A DNA stretch of 62,705 nucleotides, from NCBI RefSeq assembly GCF_001194135.2, contig NC_068982.1, positions 103,343,621 through 103,406,325 of the forward strand, in the 5' to 3' direction. This stretch comes from Octopus bimaculoides (Eukaryota). The notes below the pieces were generated by a model, which ran no database searches, had not been told where the DNA came from, and worked only from the letters and a program-made list of their open reading frames with translations. This document shows positions 40,367 through 53,893 of the stretch, piece by piece. Position numbers and translations under genes: made by a program. How positions within the stretch are numbered: position 1 is the stretch's first letter; each line of letters starts with the position of its first letter.

Positions 40367-42089
40367 TTTTTGGAATTTATAATTTCTGTTAAGGGAACTT
40401 AGAAACGACTAAGTAGGAAATGTTTATTTTTTGCTATTCTGTGGTCAGAGGAAGGAGTTGTTCCTTATCTTACTTTTTACTTGCTTTAATCAATGGGGTG
40501 TAGCTATGCTGGGGCACTGCCTTGAAGGGTTTAGTTGAACAAATTGACCCCAATATTTATTTGTAAGTCTGGTATTTATTCTGTTGATCTCTTTCGCCTA
40601 ACTGCTAAGTTACAGCGACATAAACCAGTTGTCAAATGCTAGTGGGGTGGGAGATAAACATAAACACACGCATACATACATGATGGGCTTCTACACAGTT
40701 TCCATCTATCAGATTTACTCATGTGACATTGGTCAACCTAGGGTTATAGTAGAAGACTCTTGCCTAAGGTGCTGCACAGTGGGATTGAACCTGAAACTGT
40801 GCTTGCAAAATAAGCTTCTTAACTACTCAGCTGTATAGTAAAAAACTGAGTGTTGAAATTACTGTGTTGTACTTTAGTAGCAAGTAACTTGATCTGAGAC
40901 CGTGTATTGAAACTGTAGTAGTTACATCACAGAAGAACTATTTTCACATTTAATAATACACAAATTTAGTTGGAATGCTGGAAACTTCTTTAAAAGTGGT
41001 GAGTTGGCAGAATCGTTAGCACACTAGGCAAAATGCTTAGTGGCATTTCATCTGGCTTTTGTTCTGAGTTCAAATTCTGCTGAGGTTGACTTTGCCTTTC
41101 ATCCTTTCTGGGTCGATAAAACAAGTACCAGTTGAGCACTGAGGTCGATGTAATCAGCTTACTCCTCTTCCTGAAATTGGTGGCCTTGTGCCAAAATCTG
41201 AAACCAATAATGCATGAAGCTGTTTAATTCTTTAGCATTCAAACAAGCCATGTCTGATCAAAATATTTAACTTGTTTTATGTTGAAACTGGCCAAATCTG
41301 GCCTCTCACCTCAACCCTGTAATGTCATTCTAAGATTAAACAGTCACAACATCAGAATCTCTAAACTACAAGACTGCATGTTAAATTCAAAACAATATAA
41401 ATAAACATTATATTTGACAGAGTAACCTGAATACTAAAGGTTAATTTACTTGAAGTGTCAGAATTTTCGTCACACAGCTGCAACCTGGGTACTGTTACAG
41501 TCCCTCTGAGTGGGACCAGTGACCAAGTTGCAAGAAATTTAATGACTTTGTGTTTCATTAAATGATTAGAATGGGTCTTCCATAACCGAATTGTTAAGTG
41601 TTAAACATTTATTGCTTATGCTGTTATTGATGCAATGTACCATAACACCTGACACAGAACAGGACCAGTTAATGAAAGTATTTTTATTGCCGTAATTTGT
41701 TAATTTTCTTCAATTCCAGATTCACGAGTCACTCTTTTTAAAGACATGGATATTTATGTAAAACTATCATTTAGAAATTTTTTTAATTTTTTGTTCATTA
41801 GTTTGGTCCGAAGGAAAGAGTTGTACCCATAGCCTTCACAGAGCCTTCAAGGCCACTGAGACTAACACTGTTAACATATTAACAAGCTGCTTAACCCTGT
41901 AGCATTATATTCATTGATTTGAATATATCCAGCATTATTGTGTAACTTCGACATTTTGATGATGTGTTGTTTATTTTTAGAATGACATTGTAGGATAGGT
42001 GCGAGAGGCAAGATCTGGCTGGTTTGAATATAGAACAGGTTGAATATCTGGACGAGATGCAGTCAGTTTAAATGCTAAGGGGTTAAACT

Positions 42090-42278
42090 GTTTCAGGTTG
42101 ATATCTGAAAGACGTTTACAGGGACGGAGTTCCAGAAGGTTGACATTCTGGGAAGAAAGGACTGAGTGCTTGTTTAGGGCTGGGATGTAGCAGGGTTAGA
42201 CACTATATAAGTGGTAAAAAGAAGGGTCACAAATAAATCAAGAGTGCCTGAGTGAAGGTGACACAAGATGAGGCAGAT

Positions 42279-42366
<88 letters not shown>

Positions 42367-44280
42367 GGTTGAGGGTGGGGCGAGGAACCATATGTATGTG
42401 TGACAGAGTTTAGTATATATTTGTGAGTAACTTTATACCAATAGGTCCTGTGACCTTTATTAGGATGTGGTTTAGGAGCGCAATGCCAAATGTAGAAGCA
42501 ATGTTTCATTGTGGATATTACCTGAGCTTTGTAGAGTTAGTATTTGTATGGTAGGTGAGTTGCTGAAGTATTTCCTAATTCTGAAGAGGAAAGCCAGTCT
42601 TTGTAATGCAGTTTTGACTCTGCAGATTTGGTATGAGATGTATGGGTTACATACTGATGAGTAGTGTTGTTGATTCACAGGAGGAAGAGTGTGGAGGTCA
42701 AAACCAAACCTTAGAGCACACTAGAGCTGATAGAGTGTGAATCAGAGAGAACCCAATCAGTACATGCCTTGATCTGACAGGAAGCCATCTATCCAAAAGT
42801 TTGGAAGCAGATGGAACTAATAGGCAGCTGGTTTTGACAGGAGATTTGTGTGCCAGATATAATCAAGTTTTTCGTTGATGTTTGGGGCAACAACACTACT
42901 TCCACCAAATTTCTTGAGAATAAGAACCCAGCAGTGAGTGCCACAGGAGGGTAGGTCTCCCATAGATCTGGCTTTATGATAGCTGTACTAAGTGTCACAA
43001 AAGAAGGAGAGAGATTTAAGGCATTGAAGAAATTTACCATGTTAATGTCTGACTCCATCATGGTTGAAATATAGTGAGATATTGGAAGTAAGTGTGATAG
43101 GATGATAATTAGCAGGGTCAGAAGGATTGCTTTTTGGGGGAATCTCTGGGATGCATTATATAAGGGTAATGGAAATGACAGTGCCAATATTGATAGCCCT
43201 GTTGGTTTGAAGTAATTGGAGATATTTTCATGCCTAGCATGTGTGTATGTATGGTGGTGAGCCTGGTTGAATGAAAAGAATAGCTATGAAAGCATTATTT
43301 ATCTAATGTGGAGTTTGATGCAAAATGGAGGCAAGGGCACTGGCCACAGAGCCATCATGGTTGAGACATGAAAGGAGGATTCTTAAAGTTGGTGAAAATC
43401 CTTTTGGGAAGTGATGAAAGGATCAACTGCATTTTGAGGAGGGAACACCTTGGAGTTTGTGTGATACAAAGACACACCATTTGTGGTTTGGATCATGGTC
43501 TTCCAGGAATTGAAGTGTTGGATTAGAACTGGTTAGTTTGTAACTGGGTAATTTTTTTCCTAAATATTGTAGCTTGTATTCTTTTATAAAGCTGTCACAA
43601 CATAGATACGAATGAACCAGTTTTGGGACTTTAGGCTGTTTTTGATGGCGGCCAGTGTTGAAGTAAATGTACTGCAGAAAATAGATTGCATAGAAGTGGC
43701 AGGGCTCCAAATAAATGTTGTAGGGCTTAGAAAGTGGAAAAGGTGTTGTATGTGAGTGTGTGGTAGGGGTGAGAAGAAAAAGTCAAGGATACTTGGAGTA
43801 TCTGTATTGGTCAGTTTTTTTTCTATATAGACATAGCTGTGTAATTAAGAAGCTTGTTTTGCAACCACATGGTTTCAGGTTCAGTCCTACTGTGCAGCAC
43901 CTTAGGCAAGTGTCTTTTACTATAACTTCAGGTTGACCAATGTCTTGTGAGTAAATCTGGTTGATGGAAATTGTGTGGAAGCCCATCATATAAGTATTGA
44001 AGGTTGCAGAAGATTTTGTTTCTGCACAGGCAGCATCAGTATAGGACGAATATGAGAGCCAAGAAAAGTGAATATTGAAGTCCCTGAGAACAATAATTTC
44101 AAAAGAGAGGTGAGGAAGCAATATCGTTGAAGACATGTTGGTGGTTGGAAGAGTTTAGGGTGAGGTTGAGGAAGCAGATTTGTTTAGATGGGAGGGAAAG
44201 GGAAACTTTGAGCCAGAGTAGCTGGAAGTCTTCTTTGTTGCTGATATTAAGATGAAAGAAGTGAGTGACAAGAAGAGTGG
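42090..44280 (-). mobile_element. Degenerate APE-endonuclease LINE remnant (L2/CR1-like), interrupted by (GA)n and a SINE
   Basis: EIIVL(R)DFNIH (GDFN-like), TLDLFVT and a 3' 'SFFPRM.TFWNSVP'-like motif; heavily broken. Confidence 0.55.
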
Positions 44281-45402
44281 AGTTTACATATGCTCAGTGT
44301 TCACTTTTTCAAGTGAATGGTACATAAAGAGGAATGTAGAGATGGGTGATAGGTAACATTTGAGAGGTTTATATCTTGAATACGAATAGATTTGCACAAC
44401 TCTACACATATATATTTCTGTAAAAATAAACACATACATACATATGCATATCAATAAAATTGCCATTTAATTACACTGTATAACACGATTTTTGTCCCTG
44501 GATAGCAACTATTATTTCCTATTTATTTACCCTGAGAAAGTATGAAAAATGGCTAATATTTTCTTCAAACTTTGCTTTAGTTACATTTATTCAAATCCTA
44601 AAGAACCCCTCTCAACATATGGCCATGATGCTACCCTACGACTTGTGCTCATGATCAGAGATGCACATATTGTCAGCCACTAAGGGACATGCTCATGGTT
44701 AAGGTCAAGCAACTGAAAAGTAAATCTGGTATTGAGCAGAATATTCCTTTCTACTCTAGGCACAAGGCTTGAAATTTTGGGGTAGGGGGTCACTTAATTA
44801 GATTGACCCCAGTATGCAACTGGTACTTAATTTATCGATCCCGAAAGGATGAAAGGCAAAGTTGACCTTGGCGGAATTTGAACTCAGAATTGAGAAGAAT
44901 ATTTGCTATAATGATATTTCTGCTTTTAGTAACTCAGTGCTGAATCTGTCTAAAATGCATTGGAAAATAGGTCAGTTTCAAACATTGATATCCAGGTCTC
45001 AAAAGCAAAGTTTGAAGGGAATAGTAGTAATTTCCTTTGATTGCTAGACAGAAGCAAATCGGAAATAACACTTACTGATCAAAGGCTAAAAAAGAAAAAA
45101 AAATTGTTGCAGTGTTATGTATGAAATATGTATTTCATTATATATATATATATATATATATATATAATGAAATATGTATTTCATTATATATATATATATA
45201 TATATATATATNNNNNNNNNNNNNNNNNNNNNNNNNNNNNNNNNNNNNNNNNNNNNNNNNNNNNNNNNNNNNNNNNNNNNNNNNNNNNNNNNNNNNNNNN
45301 NNNNNNNNNNNNNNNNNNNNNNNNNNNNNNNNNNNNNNNNNNNNNNNNNNNNNNNNNNNNNNNNNNNNNNNNNNNNNNNNNNNNNNNNNNNNNNNNNNNN
45401 NN

Positions 45403-45510
45403 AAGTACCAGCAGAAGCTAGAGAAACAGTTCCCTGGTATAGACATTACTGTTGCAAAGAAAGCTGATGCCACATATTCAATAGTTAGTGGTGCCAGTAT
45501 ATTTGCTAAG
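45403..45510 (+). CDS. RNASEH2A: RNASEH2A exon 5, visible 3' part: [36 protein letters not shown]. The 5' ~10 codons, including the catalytic 'VDT' Asp, lie in gap 45212-45402.
   Basis: FPGI..TV..KAD..Y..VS.ASI.AK motif; AAG|GTAAGT donor at 45511. Confidence 0.95.
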
Positions 45511-45622
45511 GTAAGTATTTTTAGTTTTTGTTAGCTGTAATTACTGCCAAAGTTGGTCCTACCCCATATTAAAATAAATTTCTTTGAAATTTTAAGGTGT
45601 TTCCGTTATTTTGTCCAACTTC

Positions 45623-45663
<41 letters not shown>

Positions 45664-46446
45664 ATAATATTAGGGATAAAATCCAAAATTACAGGTAAAA
45701 ACTCAAAATCAATTTATTCAAAATTAAATTAAGTTTCACAGTATAGAATATATATGTGACAGTGGATTTTCATCGATGAGTTCAAGTACAAGCTAGTTTG
45801 TGGCATTTCTGGAGTAGAGCTGGAACACAGTTTGATTATGGAGCTGAGTTTGAGTGAAGATAGCTTATTGATTGTCCTGTTCTGTTAAGTTCTGTGTTTG
45901 GTTGTGAGAAATTGTCTGATAGAATATATCAGTGGTATGCCTCAATGACTCTGGGAACTATTCCAGTGGAGCACAAGCTCCTGATAGGACCTTCCATGCT
46001 AGACAAGTCAAAGAACAGAAGCTAGTGTAATATGGACCATGTCTTCTCGGAGGTAAAAATAGGCTTGCATATGGCCAACATCCCTACCTAGAAAAAAATA
46101 AACAAAAGTGCAGAAGCACTGGTGACAGCTCAGGACCAACAAGACCTGGGAGAGGAAGCTCATCCCTCGTAGACCTGGAATCCACAAGGGGCACGAATGA
46201 GTGGACACCCTAAAAATAGCTGGAGGTGCGATACTGAGTTGAAAAAGCAGAGATCCAACTGAAAATAAGTAGAAAATGACAGCCTAGAGTTGAGAACTTT
46301 AAGAGAAGTTATTGATGGCCTGACCTGTGCTGTCATGAAAAGTGAAGAGCTTAAAGGCAAAGAATATGTCAGCAAATTCAATATGTTTCTCTTTCTTTGG
46401 CCTGGAATTGTTGATTTTTGTATTGTTTTGAGCAGATATCAGTGTT

Positions 46447-46995
46447 ATGGATTATGATGTTGAACCAGTTTCATGTAAGATTATGATGTTGGACCAGTTT
46501 CATGTAGGATTATGGTGTTGAAACAGTTTCATGTAGGATTATGGCGTTGAAACAGTTTCATGTCGGATTATGGTGTTGAAAAAGTTTAATGTAGGATTAT
46601 GGTGTTGAAACAGTTTCATGTAGGATTATGGTGTTGAAACAGTTTCATGTAGAATTATGGTGTTGAAACAGTTTCATGTAGGATTATGGTGTTGAAACAG
46701 TTTCATGTAGGATTATGGTGTTGAAACAGTTTCATGNNNNNNNNNNATGGTGTTGAAACAGTTTCATGTAGGATTATGGTGTTGGACCAGTTTCATGTAG
46801 GATTATGGTGTTGAAACAGTTTCATGTAGGATTATGGTGTTGAAACAGTTTCATGTAGGATTATGGTGTTGAAACAGTTTCATGTAGGATTATGACATTG
46901 GAGCCAGTTTTGTGTAGGATTATGATAATCCAGTTTCATATAGGATTATGACATTGAACCAACTTCATGTTGAGCCAGTTTCATGTTGGATTATG
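46447..46995. repeat. 29-bp minisatellite (GGATTATGGTGTTGAAACAGTTTCATGTA), about 18 copies, small gap inside
   Basis: Tandem units read directly; degenerate at both ends. Confidence 0.95.
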
Positions 46996-47339
46996 ATGTC
47001 AGACCAAGTTGATTTTTGAATTCAAGACAGGAGATTCAGTTTCATAGTAGAAGAAATTCCTTAGAGTCGACTATCTATTTAGCTGCCAAGAGTTCTTCCT
47101 TTGTTCTGTCTTCTGAGGAACATACCACTAGCATTGCTTCCATAATTTTTATTTTGATTTTCTTTTCTTATTTTATGAGAGATCTGGATTGTTGAAATCT
47201 TTAGTAATATTTGAGTATTTTCTCTTAAGGATTTGTCTTGATATTTTCAGTGTTTTTTTTTATTGATTGAGAATAATCTTGAAGGTAGGGGGTCATGTCA
47301 ATTATAGGAGGAGGATAATGGCATTTAGGCTTTGTTCTA

Positions 47340-47550
47340 TTAAGGATGATGATGTCAGTTGTTTTAATCCTCCTCCTCCTCCTTAAACTCATCATCATTG
47401 TCGATGTTACTATCATTATCATTATCGATGTTGCTATCATCAATATATTGTTCCCATGTCATAACGACCACTACTATTATAACAAGAATCAACATGACGA
47501 CGACGATCACCACCACCACCACCACCACCACCACCACCACGATGACGACG
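47340..47550. repeat. Compound trinucleotide microsatellite (CCT/ATC/GAC/CAC)
   Basis: Direct reading; explains the poly-His/Thr/Val pseudo-ORFs. Confidence 0.9.
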
Positions 47551-49008
47551 GGTATAACCAAATCCCGTCTAGATCCGGTTTTTGTTGTAATCATAAATGC
47601 TATCCCGTCTAAATCAGGTTTTCTTTTGTAATCATAAATGCTAAGGTCAACGACACTTACGTCAGTGTGTAACTTCAGTGTAACACCGGGATCTCTCACC
47701 CTCTATAGTATAAAAATAGTCTGTCATTACGTACAGTTGCAGTCGCTCGTATGTTTTTCAGAACAGATTGAACAATCATGGGATTGGTTCAAGGGAAGTA
47801 ACTCTACAATTATTTTTGATGGTTTTTTTTGGCTTTACAATTGACTTGAACATTAAATTCAAAGGAACGAAACTAAATATTAGTACTTTAAATTGTTTAA
47901 TCTGATATTCCCGCAACTTATCACTTTCGCAAGCCAGTAAAAGAACCTCTACGATGTCTCTCAGCTTGTCTGAAATAGCAACCAAATTTCCCTTAAAAAT
48001 TCGTCTTATTTAATATGAGGGAATTGTACATTGGGTTAATGTCTGGTATGCACTGTCTGAATAAAAGATGGGTCAGTCGGTCAGTCACAGCTGGAACGCC
48101 TTTGATCATAGATCTGTTCAAGCAAGGTCGACTTGAGCTTAAACAACTCCTTTCCACTCTGCATGTCTAAATTATCTCACTGAATCTTGCAATTAACCAA
48201 TCCAATTAAACACAAGATAGTGTCAGGGTGCAGTTTAGCTTTCCACTTGGTTGAAGTACGGTGTATCTGGAGTACCACTTCTGTGGATTGTACCTATGTG
48301 CTATAAGTCTGTTCAAATTAGATCTTATTGGAGTCTTTATAATGACATTTAGCATGACATCATCAGCTTGTGTCTCGTTTGATAGTTTGATAAACAATCA
48401 CATTTTCAAAATCTTGAAGCTACAAGATAATAATACATGATTGATTTAAAAAAATGTGAAGCTGTTGACAAGTGATCAAGACCTTTGACAATTTGATGTA
48501 CTTGAGAAGACTTTTTAAGCCTGTGCCAGCAACACATAAAAGCATCCATGCCAGTGACATGTGAATGTACCCGTGCTGGTAACATGTAAAAGTATTTGTG
48601 CTGATGACATGTGAAAACACCTGTGCTGGTGACTTGTAAAAAATGCCCAGTGGAGTGGTTGACATGAGGAAGGGCATCCTGCTATAGAAACCAAGCTAAA
48701 ATCAGACTGGAACTTGGTACAGATCTCTGGTTTACCAGTTCCAGTCAAACTTATGCCAACATGGAAACTGGGTGCTAAATGGTGATGATGGTATATTTGA
48801 GAGAGTAATCTGAATGCTAAAGGGTTAAACACACCTCACTTCCTGCAGTTCATATCCAGGAAAAAGTTTTTTTATTGTATTAAAGCATCTGGTATTTAAA
48901 GCAGTTTTGTATATAGGACCCTGGGTGATTTTTTGGGGAGACTCTTTTTCTAGGGAAAGTGTACCTTATATGCCATGAAATAGAATGTCAATCTTTCTTT
49001 GTATAAAG

Positions 49009-49096
49009 GTTGCACGTGATCGAATACTGAAGGATTGGGAGTTTGTGGAAGGTATTGATATTTCTGCTGCTGAGTGTGGTTCTGGTTACCCAAATG
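49009..49096 (+). CDS. RNASEH2A: RNASEH2A exon 6 (88 nt, phase 0-1): VARDRILKDWEFVEGIDISAAECGSGYPN
   Basis: tctttctttgtataaAG acceptor, ATG|GTAAGC donor. VARD and GSGYP motifs. Confidence 0.96.
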
Positions 49097-50231
49097 GTAA
49101 GCATTGCTCGTATATTGATATCATTATGGTTGTGTGTTAAAACTGACTGTGAGACAATGTATATAATGTGATGTTTAAACTGGTTAGGATAATATTCAGA
49201 AGACAATGTGTTTTTGTATGTATTTTGTGTGGATGAGAATCTGTGTGTGTATTAATGTAGGACTGTGTTTCAATGTATTAACTCTTTAGTATTCACGTTA
49301 TTCTGTCAAATGTAATGCTTATTTATTCACATTGTTTTAATTAATCATGCATTATCTTGTAGCTTTGAGATTTTGATGAGGTAGCTGTTAATTTTTACAA
49401 AGATATTGTCGAGTTGGTGTGAAAGGCCACATCTGGTCAGTTTGAACATAAAACAGGTAGAATATTTTGGCTAGACATGGCCAGTTTAAATGCTAAATGG
49501 TTAATGTTAGTGAGATGGTGTATATCTATATGTAATTAATGTTAATGAGAATGTGTGGGTAAATTAATGTTAGTGAGACTGTATAATAAATATGAATGTG
49601 ACAATGTGTATTAGTTATTGTCAGTTTTGCATTTTGGTTGTTCCTGTAGAGTAATGATTTGATGTTTGTAGCATCATCTGTGGTGTGCCTTGAGATTGTA
49701 TGATGCCTGTGACAATGTGTGTGTAATTTGCTGACAATGCAACAATATTTATGGTATGTAGTACAATGACAATGAGATCATACATGTAGTGTGATGGCAG
49801 TGTATATGTAATGATAAAAGTGTGAAAGACTGCAAGATGATAATAATATGATTCAAAATGATTGTAAAATGGTGACATGAACGTTTTCAGTAAAAAAAAA
49901 TTACTCAAATATAGCCTTATACACATTGTTCATTCTGAGATAGTCCAGTGCACCAAATTATACCTCTGTTTATATACTACAGTACCATGCCTATCATCAG
50001 ACATCACAAAACTACACTTTTACAATCTTCACACAACTGCCAATTCAGTTACAGGTAACACCATTGATTTTCTGAAATCTTTGGTTCCAAAGCCTTTCTA
50101 GATTACTGATTTTTTTCAAACCAGGAATGGTTTCCTCTAAATTAAACAAATATTAAATTTTCTTAAACAATTAAATGTCGTACTGATAATTGTACCATAG
50201 TACAAGTGATTAAAGTTTATCAATATTGCAC

Positions 50232-50491
50232 TGTGTAACATAGTGTGAAACAGGGCCACCTATGTAACATGCTGTGAAACAGGGCCACCTGTGTAATGTT
50301 CTGTGAAACAGAGTCACCTGTGTAACATAGTGTGAAACAGGGCTACCTGTGTAACATGCTGTGAAACAGGGCCACCTGTGTAATGTTCTGTGAAACAGGG
50401 TCACCTGTGTAACATAGTGTGAAACAGGGCCACCTATGTAACATGCTGTGAAACAGGGCCACCTGTGTAATGTACTGTGAAACAGGGCCAC
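50232..50491. repeat. 29-bp minisatellite, 9 units arranged as (ABC)x3, i.e. an 87-bp higher-order repeat
   Basis: The diagnostic unit centres CATAGT / CATGCT / TGT(T/A)CT recur in strict order. Confidence 0.95.
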
Positions 50492-50807
50492 TAGTCTGGT
50501 GGCTGCAGGAATTTGGACTTCCTGTTTGTAAATTAGTGTGGATTAGAAGAGTTTCTGGGCCATCAGTGTCTGGAAAGTTGTTGTATCTCTAGTATCTGTT
50601 TGTGACAGTAGTCATACATTTACTTAGATCATTCTTCCTTCAGTATATCTAGATACAGCAGTATTGTAGTACTACATAACTGTTGTATTTTCATACATCA
50701 TGATATCACACACCTACAGTATTTTCATGCAGTACAATATTACATACACTGCTTCTATACAATATCTTAAGTAGCTCCCACCACAATATTGCACACACGC
50801 GCGCGCG

Positions 50808-50842
<35 letters not shown>

Positions 50843-51012
50843 CAGACATCAGACATCACACAGAATACAGCATTCACACACCATTACAATAACATATACC
50901 TTTATGATTGTATTCCTGTATTGCATATTTAGTATTACAATTTTATATCTTTAAATTCCCAGTTCACCACACACTTACTATGTATTGTATGATCTTCTAA
51001 ACTACTTTACAG

Positions 51013-51136
51013 ATCCACTCACCAAGAAGTTTTTAAGACATCACATGGACAAAGTGTTTGGTTTCCCACAAATTGTACGCTTCAGTTGGTCTACAGCATC
51101 AAGTATTTTGGATAAAGATGCAGCACTGGTTGAATG
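51013..51136 (+). CDS. RNASEH2A: RNASEH2A exon 7 (124 nt, phase 1-2): DPLTKKFLRHHMDKVFGFPQIVRFSWSTASSILDKDAALVE(W)
   Basis: tactttacAG acceptor, TG|GTAATT donor. DP.TK..L and VFGFP..VRFSW.TA motifs. Confidence 0.96.
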
Positions 51137-52481
51137 GTAATTTACATAAAACATGCTAATATTGTGAATGAATTAACTAAGATTTCCAGTTTAAAGTCGT
51201 ATTAGATATTATATACATTGATTTTGGACTGAAAAGGGTCACAGGCCCACTTGTTGCTTGTTTCTGTCTCTAATTAGTATTTATAATATCATTTTACATA
51301 TAGATATCAGTATCTTATTTAACTTCAAGTTCACAGATTTACAAAGACAGGGAAGATGAAATTGCTTGATGTTCATGTCTCTTCTAAGATTATTAGAACT
51401 AGTTTCAACCAGCAATTATAACTTTGAAACTTTATTACTTATTCTGCTGCACTTAACCACTCAAGATATGTTTACATTGATTTTTCGGACTGGTACAAAG
51501 TAACACATTTGTAGAGGTGATACGTAAAAGGTGCTCGTGCTAGTGACATATCAAAGGCACCTGTACCAGTGACACATGAGAGGCACCCATGTCGGTGACA
51601 CGTGAGAGGCATCCATGCTGGTGACATGTAAAAGGATCTAGTACATTCTGTGGAGTGGTTGACTTCAGGAAAGGCATCCAGCCATAGAAATCACGCCAAA
51701 ACAGACTGGGACCTGGTGTAGCTCTCTATCTTACTAGTTCCAGTCAAACTGTGTAACCTATGCCAACATGGACAACAGACACTAAATGATGATAATAGGG
51801 TATAGGTTATTGAATTGCTCTTGATATATAACAAGTATTATTTTTTTCCCATCCTGTTGGGTTAAAAAATAAAGAAATAAGATTGAAAAGTAATTAGTTT
51901 GGTGGTCTACTATTTCTGTTACCCTCTTTGAGAGGAGGGATAAGCAATGCTCATGACTTTATACAGGTCCTCTGAAATTAGTAGGAAGGAAGGTAAAAGG
52001 TATCCTCAAACCAAAGAATTGGTCGAAATGTTTACAACAGAGTGAACATTGTTAAAGGTGGCCAAGGGTGGTGTTAGCCTGAACAATGGATTAAGAAGGC
52101 CATAACAGAATTTGAATTCAGAATGCAGTGAACTGAAACGAATATTACAAATTGTGACTGATAGTGTAATGCCATTACCAGTCCATAGTCCCAGAAAGAT
52201 GAAGGCAAAATCAATGTTGGTGGGACTTGAATTCAGAAAGCAAAGTGACAGAATAAATAGTGGGCAGTATTTTGTATGACCCTAATAATTCTGCCAATTT
52301 GCTGCCTACAGGTTAGGCATAGGCATTGTGTAAAGAAATGTGACAGCTTGGACAAGTCTCTTTTGCTATAGTGGACACTAAGCAATGATGATGATGATGG
52401 TTAAACCATGTTAATGTTAGCAATGCATTTGTATATTAATGATATATTTTCTTTATTTTCTTCAATTTCTGTCACCATTAG

Positions 52482-52635
52482 GGAAGACGATGATGAAGCA
52501 GACGACAAGGAAAATCCTGGAGCTGGGTCAGCCTCGTTGCTTACATTTTTCTCTCCCAAAGCAGATAAAGGACTCAAACATAAACGGCATAGATTCTTTA
52601 CAGAGAGAAATCTGTATTCTGTTTCTCAACTCTAG
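52482..52635 (+). CDS. RNASEH2A: RNASEH2A exon 8 (last coding exon): EDDDEADDKENPGAGSASLLTFFSPKADKGLKHKRHRFFTERNLYSVSQL*
   Basis: Long pyrimidine tract then cattAG acceptor. The phase completes Trp from exon 7. C-terminal 'H.FF.ER.L' motif, then TAG. Confidence 0.93.
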
Positions 52636-52715
52636 CTGATGTACATTTTAGTTTAAACTATTTTCTTCTTGGTATTATTATTAAAAAACAAAAATAATTT
52701 TTTTTTTTTGTATTC

Positions 52716-52721
52716 AATAAA
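52716..52721 (+). promoter_or_regulatory. Candidate poly(A) signal of RNASEH2A
   Basis: AATAAA 80 nt after the stop codon, following a U-rich tract. Confidence 0.55.
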
Positions 52722-53084
52722 CCTCCTTTACTCTTAAACTGGCTTTTAACTCTTTGGACTGGGGCTGTAGATCATAAACCCCCTGTATTTATTTCACTCT
52801 GATAGTTATTTTATCAGTCTCTGTTTGCCATACTTCTGAGAATTGTTTCTGGCGGTATTCACCAATGCTGTTGAGTCAAAAACACAGACCACCTCCAGCA
52901 TTGTGTGTGTGTATGTGTGCACGTGTGTGCATGCGCATATACACATACACACACAAACATATACTATATCTGTACATCACTTCAACCCTCCCCTCTCTCT
53001 ATACATATACATATATATCTTTTATCTTTTATTGGTTTCAGTGTTTCAGTCCAAGGCTGAGGTCATGCTAGTGTACCTCCTGTA

Positions 53085-53466
53085 GTTACTCAGTGTTCTT
53101 TGCAGCATTGTTTTTGGTGAAGTAGCAAGTTGGATGGAGCTGCTCTTGTTTGTATCTCCTGCTGTGATGTGGGTTCATCTGGTATCTCAGATAGAAACCT
53201 GTCCAGACGTACCTTGAAAACTTCCACATCAACTCCATATAGATCTCTAAGGTTGCCTGGCAGGATGTTGAACAATTGCAGGCCCTTTGAAACCCAAACT
53301 ATTGCAGTACTGTGTCCTTATTTTAGATGGGGAAGACAGGATCTTTGTTATGATGCAGTGCTGTCCAGTTTGGGGATTGGTATAGCTGTCAATTCCAAAA
53401 TTAGGAGCTGAACCCTCCAAGATCTTCCAAATGTATATCACTGCATATCTCTCTTGTCTTCTCACG

Positions 53467-53470
<4 letters not shown>
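53085..53470 (-). mobile_element. CR1-like LINE 3' end fragment
   Basis: RRQERYAVIYIWKILEG..PNFGI; SLGFKGP; LFNILPGNLRDL...FKVRLDRFLSEIPDEP. Confidence 0.85.
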
Positions 53471-53533
<63 letters not shown>

Positions 53534-53537
<4 letters not shown>

Positions 53538-53800
53538 TGAGTAATATAGCCTGCTGAGTCTAGATATAACTGAGTAATACAGCCTGTTGAGTATAGATGT
53601 GATTGAGCAGTACAGCTAGCTGAACACTGAGGGGATTCAATAATACAGCCTGCTGAGTATACTACACATCTATATACTCAGCAGGCTGTATTATTGAATC
53701 CCCTCAGTGTTCAGCTAGCTGTATTGCTCAATCGCATCTATACTCAACAGGCTGTATTACTCAGTTATATCTAGACTCAGCAGGCTATATTATTCAGTGA
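53534..53800. repeat. Foldback palindrome: 128-bp arms (3 mismatches), 11-nt loop, arms built of internal degenerate repeats
   Basis: 53534-53661 versus 53673-53800 reverse complement. Confidence 0.97.
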
Positions 53801-53893
53801 CATCTATACTCAACTGCCTGCATTGCTTAGCTACTCAGCAGATTGTATTACTCGGCTGGCTGTGTTACTCAATGGCATCTATTCTGTCATACC

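Noticed and set aside
47346-47699. His/Asp-rich or Thr-rich ORFs
   Set aside because: They are translations of a compound trinucleotide microsatellite with no splice or homology support.
46447-50491. Regularly spaced 29-bp repeats as a CRISPR-like array
   Set aside because: Units are contiguous tandem copies with no unique spacers, in eukaryotic introns.
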